DNA of 64,000 nt, from NCBI RefSeq assembly GCF_048264025.1, contig NZ_JBLXDN010000004.1:30026-94025 (forward strand), given 5' to 3'. Position 1 is the stretch's first letter; the number at the start of each line of letters is the position of its first letter. Both the position numbers and the translations under genes were made by a program. The DNA comes from Nitrincola sp. (GTDB lineage Bacteria > Pseudomonadota > Gammaproteobacteria > Pseudomonadales > Balneatricaceae). Under the pieces are notes generated by a model. That model saw only the letters and a program-made list of their open reading frames with translations. It was not told the origin of the DNA and searched no databases. Positions 1-7,800 of this stretch are shown piece after piece.

Positions 1-1
1 A

Positions 2-2014
2 ACCCACACTTCGTCCAATTCAACTGAGCTTGAGCCACTTATCATTGCGCAAGACCGGGCATGGCCACCGTTTGCTTTTGTGGGAGAAAATGGTGAACCG
101 CGCGGTTTACTTATCGAACTATGGCGGGAGATCGCTGCTCAGATGGGGCGGCCGGTTGAGTTTTATCTGGTGGATTGGCCGGATTCAATACGTGCCGTTA
201 CAGAAGGGCGGGCACATCTGCATGGAGGGTTGTTTGCTTCAGAGGATCGGGCTGTTTTTATGCAGTTCAGTGAAGCAATTATGCCGCTCAGTGGGTATCT
301 GTTTGCACCAAGTGGTGGGCCGCTGACAGGATTTGATGATCTGCGTGATAAGCCGATTGGTGTGACGGATGGCAGTTATGAGATGGAGTATATTCAGCAC
401 CATTATCCTGATCAGCCAATACGTGCCTACCGCTCTAATGAATTGGTGGTTATGGCCGCTCTTGCAGGAGAAGTGGCGGCCTATTTGGCCGACTATCCGG
501 TCAGCATGTACTTGCTGGATCGCCATGGGCACCCTTCTAATTTTCATCCGTTAGTGCAGCTTTATACCCAGAATTTAGTTGCTGGGGTAGCGCTAGGGGA
601 TGAGCAGCTGTTGCAAGAAATTAACCAAGCGATCCAGCAACTTGATCAGGATTTTCTTAGCCAACTCAGTTACCGTTGGCTACGTAGTGAATTGGTGGTT
701 GAGGTTGTGCCACGTTGGTTCGTTGCACTGTTAGTGGTTACGATACTGTTACTGGTGTTGGCGGCTTATACACTGTTTCTGTCAAGGCAGCGTCGCGAGA
801 TCCAGCAGTTGGTTTCAATTCAAAACCAGGCTTTGCAGGAGAATGAGCATCTATTTCAGCGCTTAATCGAAAATGCTAATGATATTATCTATATCATATC
901 GGCTGATGCGACTATTGGTTATCTTTCTGGCGAGTGGGTTAATGTTACTGGTTATAGCCTGGAAGAGGCCGTGGGTCAGCCTTTTGCTAAGTATGTTCAT
1001 CCGCAAGACCTTCCATTTTTAGCTGAATGTCACGAGCACACTCTCAAAGGAGGGCGCTTGTCGGGCATTGCATTTCGACTGGTCGATGTCAGGGGGCAAG
1101 TGCATGACATGATTGCCAACGAGTCTTCAGCGCTTGATGCACAGGGTGAGGTTACCTATTACATGGGAATCGCTCGGGATATCACAGAACCCAAGCGAAT
1201 AGAAGCTGAGATGGAGCGTCGCCGAGAACTGTTGGAAGATGTCAAGGTTAAGCTGGAAAAAGAGATCGGGGAGCGCTCCCGTATAGCCAGAGACCTGGAA
1301 ATGGCTCAGGCGCGTGTTGCTCGTGCGCTCGAAGAGGAGCAGAAGGTTACTGTGGCGCAAAAGCAGTTTTTGCGGATTGTGACACATGAGTTCCGAACCC
1401 CGCTGGCAGTCATACAATCTTTAGGTGATCTGCTGGAGCTGGAGGTTAGTAACGATCCCCAGGTGAGGCAAAAGCATATAAGTCGGCTCAAAACGGCTGT
1501 GCAGCGTATGGCTAACTTGCTGAACAAAGCCTTGGATCAAGAACGTGTGGAAACTACTTTCTGGCGTACCAATGCCGCCTGGTTTGATATTAAAACCTTA
1601 TTGCAGGAGTTGGTTGGTGAGGCTGAGCGTTTAAATGGCGATAGTCGTCATTTTACGATTAACGCCATGTCTCGGCGCATGCAAGCGGATCGAGAATTGC
1701 TGATTATCTGCATTAATAACTTATTGGATAATGCGGTCAAGTTTTCACCTGATCAGAGTGAAATTTTCATTAGCGCCTACATGGATGAGCAGAATCGGGT
1801 TTGTATTAGTGTGACTGATCAAGGCAAGGGAGTTAATGAGCAGGATCGCTTCAAGATTTTTGGTAAATACTACCGCCGTAATGCTCAAACCAACCCTGGT
1901 TTAGGTCTGGGGCTCTATCTGGTTGATCAGATTATCCGTCTTCATGGTGGTGATGTGGTGGTCACGAATGCAGCTGATGCAGGGGCCTGCTTTATATTGA
2001 GAATACCCGCCTGA
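2..2014 (+). CDS. Sensor histidine kinase (periplasmic SBP-family-3-like domain, TM, PAS-like, HisKA, HATPase_c); 5' end probably outside the window
   Basis: Frame 2 is open from nt 2 (LEPLIIAQDRAWPPFAFVGENGEPRGLLIELW, a typical start of an amino-acid-binding SBP fold). The M at nt 80 is really an internal GTG. TM segment WFVALLVVTILLLVLAAYTLFL; PAS-like block NANDIIYIISADATIGYLSGEW; H-box VTHEFRTPL; ATPase boxes LLDNAVKFS, DQGKGV, GLGLGLYLV. Confidence 0.85.
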   Translation, partial: THTSSNSTELEPLIIAQDRAWPPFAFVGENGEPRGLLIELWREIAAQMGRPVEFYLVDWPDSIRAVTEGRAHLHGGLFASEDRAVFMQFSEAIMPLSGYLFAPSGGPLTGFDDLRDKPIGVTDGSYEMEYIQHHYPDQPIRAYRSNELVVMAALAGEVAAYLADYPVSMYLLDRHGHPSNFHPLVQLYTQNLVAGVALGDEQLLQEINQAIQQLDQDFLSQLSYRWLRSELVVEVVPRWFVALLVVTILLLVLAAYTLFLSRQRREIQQLVSIQNQALQENEHLFQRLIENANDIIYIISADATIGYLSGEWVNVTGYSLEEAVGQPFAKYVHPQDLPFLAECHEHTLKGGRLSGIAFRLVDVRGQVHDMIANESSALDAQGEVTYYMGIARDITEPKRIEAEMERRRELLEDVKVKLEKEIGERSRIARDLEMAQARVARALEEEQKVTVAQKQFLRIVTHEFRTPLAVIQSLGDLLELEVSNDPQVRQKHISRLKTAVQRMANLLNKALDQERVETTFWRTNAAWFDIKTLLQELVGEAERLNGDSRHFTINAMSRRMQADRELLIICINNLLDNAVKFSPDQSEIFISAYMDEQNRVCISVTDQGKGVNEQDRFKIFGKYYRRNAQTNPGLGLGLYLVDQIIRLHGGDVVVTNAADAGACFILRIPA

Positions 2015-2174
2015 TTGGTAGCTTTGACAGCAGGATGTCATGCTTCGCAGCCTTTAAAATCAAACAGCTATTTTATCTATGCAGATCTGGTTCATTTGTT
2101 GTTCAGGACTTGACTGTTCGATCAACTCTATAATAACTAATCAAAATCTGTTCGGATAGCTGAGGATCTGCTGT

Positions 2175-4805
2175 ATGTTGATGTTTCGGAGGGTACCGAA
2201 CCCTCAATCCCGCGTGTGGCGCCTGACCCGACTATTGCTGGTGGGGGCAGTCTCTATGGCGATTGGCGGGACAGTTTCAGCAGCAGAGCCCTCATCCTCG
2301 GATCAGCAAGCTAGCATTCAGCAGGACTATCACCGTTTGATGCTGAGTGCCCGAGCCGGTGAAATGGCGGGTGCGTATCTTCAGGAAAATGGCCAACGCC
2401 TGTTCATCACCCTGACGGACAGAGCCGATCTGAATGAATGGCGTCAGACCGGTGAGCGTCTGGTGCAGCAGTACAGTCTTTATCATGCGTCCAGCTTACA
2501 GACCCTGGGTGAGCGATCCCACCTGATAATTGATCTGGCCCGTCCGGTTTATCTGGTAGATGAAACGCTGAGCTTGTCAGTAGTTGGTTTGGTTAACTGG
2601 GAAATGGTGTTTGCTAACCTCGATGACACGGTTGTATCAGCAGAACTACTCGATTCGATCCAGGCTGAATCCCGTGGTGGTTTGATTGAATTAACCTTTA
2701 CCGGTCATCATGACCTGATTACTGAGTTAATGTTTGAACAGGACCCTGATCAACTGGTTATCGAATTACCCGGTGTGGATCCCCGACATTATTTACGTCA
2801 AGCCAATTTACAAATGCCCGCATTGCTGGGAATGCCCGAAGTGCAGGGGGCACCCAATGGACACTCCCGTTTGGTGTTTACTACCCAAGGGCCGCTGGAT
2901 CTGGTGGATGCACATACCAGTATTGATCCGGTGACCAACCGAAGCCGTATACATCTGTTGTTGGTACCTGATAGCGCTGTGTCTGAGCGCCTACTGATGG
3001 ACACAGAGCAATTGGATCGCTTTGAGCTTACCCGTGAAGCAGGTACTGGCCTCAATTTGATTATCGGCAAACTTGGCGAGTCTCGTGTGAATGGCTACTT
3101 TCTCGAAGCTCCAGGGCGTTTAATGGTGGACTTTCCCGGTGTCAGTCCCGAGGCTGTAGAGCAGGCGGTGTTTGCCTATTCCCCTGACCCTGATTACGTC
3201 AAGCGTATTCGCTATGGCAAAACCCGCCTGGGTTCAGCCAGAATAGAGTTAACGTTACAAGACGGTTATGCTGAGCAGTTGTCTCGGCAAACCGTTGCTC
3301 ATCGCGACAATTATGAGTTTGGAACACTGGTTTCACTACCTGAGGCCAGTCGCGTGTTATCAGAAGGAGATTATCCGGATGATTTGCAAGGTATTGCCTA
3401 CTTTGAACGCGATACGTTACGCCATTTGCCACGCTTTGACTTCAGTGTGCAGCCATCGTTGACTATAGGTTCAGTGACTCTATCGGGTGCTGAATACCGT
3501 GATGGCAGCAATTTGACAGCGCTGGAGCAAGGGCAACGATTCTCATTGATGACAGCCCTGGATGAAGCGATGCAGCGTGATCCAGCTTATCATGCAGCCC
3601 GGGCTGAGTTCCGTGCCACCCAGGAACTGATTCCTCAGGCACGTTCAGAATATTTGCCTCAGGTGAGTTTTTCGTATCAGTTTTCAGCTAAGAACCAGGA
3701 TGTGCTGAGTTCAGGATCCATTCCGGAAGAACAAACTACCTTGTCCGAACAAAACGCCTCCTTAACGTTGACACAACCTATCTACCGCCCGGGCAGTCTG
3801 ATTGGCCTGACGCAGGCTGAAAAAGCCGTTCAGCAAGCTGAATTGGCACTATTGGCTGCCGAGCAGTCGCTCATTATGCGTATTGCCGAGGCTTACCTGA
3901 ATGTGCTTTCTGCACAAGACAGTCTCGAAGTGGCTAAGGCTGAACACGAAGCCATAGCGACCCAGTTCCGTCAAACCGAGATCAGCTTTCGCAGTGGCTT
4001 GGCCAGTCGCAGTGATTTAAGCGAAGCCCAGAGTCTGACAGCGCTGACCCGTGCACGAATGATCGAGGCGCAGAACCGCCTGGATGATGCGCAGTTGGCT
4101 GTTAAAGAAATTATCGGCAGTGAAGTGGAAAGTCTGCATAGTTTTAGTGCGGATTTCCGGGCTGCACCACCTTTTCCTGCTCAGGTTGAGGCCTGGATCA
4201 GTGCCGCTCTGGATCAGAACCTGTCGTTGCAGTCGCAGCGTATGGCCGAGCAGATTGCCGGTAATCAGATTCGTCGTCAGCGTGCTGATCATTTGCCGAC
4301 AGTCGACTTGTTTGCATCCACCGGTTATCAGGATGCTGATAAAACGCTCTACAGTGATAGCCGTCAGACGGTCAGCAATTATGAAGTCGGCATTCGGGTC
4401 AATGTACCGATCTTTAGTGGTGGACGCACTTCCTCTCTGGTGCGCGAAGCAACAGCACGTTATGAACAGACCGGCCATGAAGTTGAGCTGGAGCATCGGC
4501 GCACTGAACGCACTGTGCGTTCAGCATTCAATGGGGTGACCAGCAGTGCGGAAATGTTGGCTGCGCTGCGTGAAGGGGTGTTGGCGCAGGAGGTTCGTCT
4601 GGCAACGCGGATGCGTGGTTTCCAGGCAGGACTGGAGTCAACCGTCGCGGTACTGGATGCCTACCAGAGCTACTATGCTGCACGACGTGATTTTCTGCAG
4701 TCACGTTATGATTATTTGATGAATCGACTGGTTCTGAAACAGTCTGTTGGCACGCTGAGTCGTCAGGATCTGGCTGAACTGGATCGCCTTCTGGAGCGCC
4801 ACTAA
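2175..4805 (+). CDS. TolC-family outer-membrane channel (C-terminal ~430 aa) with ~440-aa N-terminal extension carrying AMIN-like repeats
   Basis: Signal peptide LLLVGAVSMAIGGTVSAAEP. From nt ~3513 the sequence is TolC/OEP-like with two internally repeated halves (LMTALDEAMQRDPAYHAARAEFRATQELIPQARSEYLPQVSFSYQFS ... LSLQSQRMAEQIAGNQIRRQRADHLPTVDLFASTGY). The N-terminal part contains recurring strand motifs ending in hydrophobic-D/E-hydrophobic-P-G-V (LVIELPGVDP, LMVDFPGVSP, HLIIDLARP), as in AMIN domains. Confidence 0.85.
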   Translation: MLMFRRVPNPQSRVWRLTRLLLVGAVSMAIGGTVSAAEPSSSDQQASIQQDYHRLMLSARAGEMAGAYLQENGQRLFITLTDRADLNEWRQTGERLVQQYSLYHASSLQTLGERSHLIIDLARPVYLVDETLSLSVVGLVNWEMVFANLDDTVVSAELLDSIQAESRGGLIELTFTGHHDLITELMFEQDPDQLVIELPGVDPRHYLRQANLQMPALLGMPEVQGAPNGHSRLVFTTQGPLDLVDAHTSIDPVTNRSRIHLLLVPDSAVSERLLMDTEQLDRFELTREAGTGLNLIIGKLGESRVNGYFLEAPGRLMVDFPGVSPEAVEQAVFAYSPDPDYVKRIRYGKTRLGSARIELTLQDGYAEQLSRQTVAHRDNYEFGTLVSLPEASRVLSEGDYPDDLQGIAYFERDTLRHLPRFDFSVQPSLTIGSVTLSGAEYRDGSNLTALEQGQRFSLMTALDEAMQRDPAYHAARAEFRATQELIPQARSEYLPQVSFSYQFSAKNQDVLSSGSIPEEQTTLSEQNASLTLTQPIYRPGSLIGLTQAEKAVQQAELALLAAEQSLIMRIAEAYLNVLSAQDSLEVAKAEHEAIATQFRQTEISFRSGLASRSDLSEAQSLTALTRARMIEAQNRLDDAQLAVKEIIGSEVESLHSFSADFRAAPPFPAQVEAWISAALDQNLSLQSQRMAEQIAGNQIRRQRADHLPTVDLFASTGYQDADKTLYSDSRQTVSNYEVGIRVNVPIFSGGRTSSLVREATARYEQTGHEVELEHRRTERTVRSAFNGVTSSAEMLAALREGVLAQEVRLATRMRGFQAGLESTVAVLDAYQSYYAARRDFLQSRYDYLMNRLVLKQSVGTLSRQDLAELDRLLERH

Positions 4806-4832
4806 GTTGTGGAAGGTGAAGTTGAGTATTAA

Positions 4833-4854
4833 AGCGAGCTAACTCGCTGGAGGA
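4833..4854 (+). promoter_or_regulatory. Perfect 6-bp stem / 4-nt loop hairpin (AGCGAG-CTAA-CTCGCT) directly abutting the GGAGGA Shine-Dalgarno of the giant gene
   Basis: Read directly: 4833-4838 AGCGAG, 4839-4842 CTAA, 4843-4848 CTCGCT, 4849-4854 GGAGGA, ATG at 4861. No U-tract follows, so it is not an intrinsic terminator. Confidence 0.35.
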
Positions 4855-4860
4855 TTACAC

Positions 4861-7800
4861 ATGGGAAGCGCAGCACGCTATCTGCACAATGCGGCTGGAC
4901 AGTCCTGGAAGCATCGGGCCTTGCGGCAATGGCATGGCCTGATCAGGCGTTCGCTGGACACTCAGCGGGTTAATAGCCAGCGTCAAGCGACCACTGAGGT
5001 GGAGTTGCTTGAGCAGCGTTTTATGCTTTCCGGTGATCTGTTGGTGATACCACCCACCCCTCAGGATTCGCAGGAATCTGTGATCAATCTGCAGCACCAG
5101 GCAGAAGCCGATATGCTGGCGGATTTTTCACTTGGTGGCGTACAGCAGCAAAGCTTGATTGATGAGCTGATCTTCATTGATACGGCTGTTGAGCAGCCTG
5201 AATATCTGATAGAGCAAGCATTAGCCCAGCGTGGTGATGGCCAGGCCCGTGTTGAAGTGGTTTATCTGGATGCCGGTGCAGACGGTGTGCAGCAAATCAG
5301 CCAGTGGTTGTCGCAATATGCTGATTTGCAAGCGATCCATATTATTTCTCATGGCGAAGCCGCCAGTGTGCAGCTGGGCAACACCACACTTGATACGACC
5401 TCACTGGATGCTTATGCAGAAGTACTCAGTAGCTGGCAAACCGCTTTAGCTGAAGGCGCTGATCTGTTGTTTTATGGCTGCTCTGTGGCCGAGGGAGAGG
5501 CAGGTCAGGCTTTTGTTGAGCGTATTGCTGAACTCACTGGTGCGGATGTAGCGGCATCGGATGACATGACTGGTGCGGAGCAGTTGGGTGGTAATTGGAT
5601 CTTCGAATACACCACCGGGGTAATCGAAACCCAGGCATTATTCAGTGCCGGCCATACGGTTTACGATGCCTTACTGGCTGATCTGACATTTACGGATGAA
5701 TCAAAATCCGCCATATTGACTGCGCTGCAGAACCTGGACCAACTGGGTAACCAGGCACTCAATGATGCGTTATCTAATGCGGATATACCCGGGCTGAGTA
5801 ACACCAGTATCCTGAGCCTGTTGGACTTAGGTGGTGCCAATTTTGATTTGCATGCAAACGCCAATAACTATTTTGCCAGTGGCGGCCCACACACCCTCTC
5901 TGGGCTGGTCAGCTATCTCAACAATAATAGCGCTTTATTGCTTATTGACGGTATAGAAGCCACGCTGACAGTCGATGCCAGCAATCCAGCTATGCCAATC
6001 TATGGCTTGCGTCTGACAGCGGATCTACAGCGTAACTCGACACACACAGTAACACTGAATCCGGCTGGCTATACACTCGATGCTATCACAGCCGATGCTG
6101 TCACCCGGCTGAAACTGGCACTCGAAGCCGGTATTCGCTTGAGTACGGACCCGAGTGTTGACCCCGAGGGTTTTATCCGCGCAGATAAGCTGCAACTCAG
6201 TACGCAGATGTCCGGTGAAGGTGATTTTAGCCTGAATTTGGGTGCCGCGTTTACCTTGCAGGATCCAGACAATCTGGATAACAGTCGCCAGATCACCAAT
6301 AGCGAATATGCTGTTAGTCTGATTCAACGTCAGGTGACAGCTGAAGCTCAGGGGCGTTTTGCCTTAAGTGGTGCTACACAGCAGGCTGCATTTGGTGCTC
6401 AGGCCTATCTGGCGCTGCAGGGTATACTGAATGGCGACGCGCTGAGTTTCAATTTTTACCGTGATGCCAATCTAAGTGATGCAGCCATTCAGGCGCAACT
6501 GCAAACGTTGTTGGCGCACTGGGCGCAGTTGGCGGTACAGCTGGATCAGTTGCAAGCACTTTCTGTCGAGTTACCGCTGGTCGATCAGTCACTCCTGTCG
6601 CTGATGGTGACGGAAGATGGCCGCACTCTGGGTGATATTTTCCAGTTTGGTTACTATCTGCCGGGTGGCGGTTTTACCACTGTGTTGCAGCAATACCTCT
6701 CTCAGGGTGATGCCACCTACATGGGGTTGATGTTGGAGTTGCAGGATTACCTGCATGGCCGTGGGACTTATAGCAGTTTGCAGTCGCTGATTCCGGCCGA
6801 TGCCAGTGATTCCCTGTTCAACGTGACGGGAGGGCTTAATACGGCGGGTAACGAACTCGCTTTAGGCCTGGAGTTGGCACTAAACCGTGAGTTTCTGGCA
6901 CAGCTCAGCTTTGGTGATGCGCTTGCCAAGGTGGGTTTTGCCTGGGGTGATGGACAGGGAATAACCCTGAATGCTCTAATCGATCTCAAGTTTGATCACC
7001 GCATTACCACGTCTTCGGCCAGCTTTGACCTCAATGAACTTGCGTTACAGGTTAGTGCGCCTACTGGAACCTTCTATGCACCCGCTCTATTGGGTGCCTT
7101 GCCAGTCACTGCCAGTGGTGTGCTGACATTTGACTCTGGACGAGTCACTGTGACAGCCGTTGATGACGTTGTGTCAGCTGATACCTCAACTGCTGAGGTC
7201 AATGCTGCTCTGAGTATGACCCTTTCAGGTGATCTGTTTGGGGTGCCTCTGGAAACTCTGGCCGGTGGTGTTCCTGGGGTTGAGATCAGTTTTAATAATG
7301 GTGCGGCGACCTCTTGGACAGACATTGCCAACTATAACTCTGAGGTGACGCTGTCCCACTTTACTCAGTTGAGTGCATTGAGCAGTCTGGAACCCCAGCA
7401 GTTGATGGATATGCTGTCTGATGTTGTCCTGTACCTGGAATCCTTGCGTGATTCTGGTGAATTTGACGGTTTGCTCCCTTTCACTGAGGTGAATCTGGGG
7501 CAGGGGCTGGATTTCAGTCAGGGCCTGATGGCCTTGTTTAACGAGGGCCTGCAGGCAACCCGTCAGGAAATACTTGCGGGTCAGGCGGTATCACCACGTT
7601 TGACGGACAATCTGTCATTTGATTTACAGGTGCAAATGCCAGGGCAGTCAGAGCTGTCGGTATTGACCATTACACTGCTAGCCAGCGAAACCAGCAGCTT
7701 TACCCATATCAATCAACTCGCCAGCCTCATTGATCAGAAAATAGCGCAGGCCGCTAACGCTGTATTGGGCTGGCAATTGCTGGATAGTGATGTGCCGGTA

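Noticed and set aside
30-547. ORFs 30-326(+), 239-547(-) and 369-554(+)
   Set aside because: They overlap the solute-binding domain of the sensor kinase, whose frame is open from nt 2 and shows clear family motifs. These alternative frames have no recognisable features.
2110-2134. Sigma70 promoter TTGACT (2110-2115) / TATAAT (2129-2134) upstream of the TolC-like gene
   Set aside because: Both hexamers are near-consensus, but the spacer is only 13 nt, outside the functional 16-18 nt range. Shifted -10 candidates are poor. I did not report it as a feature.
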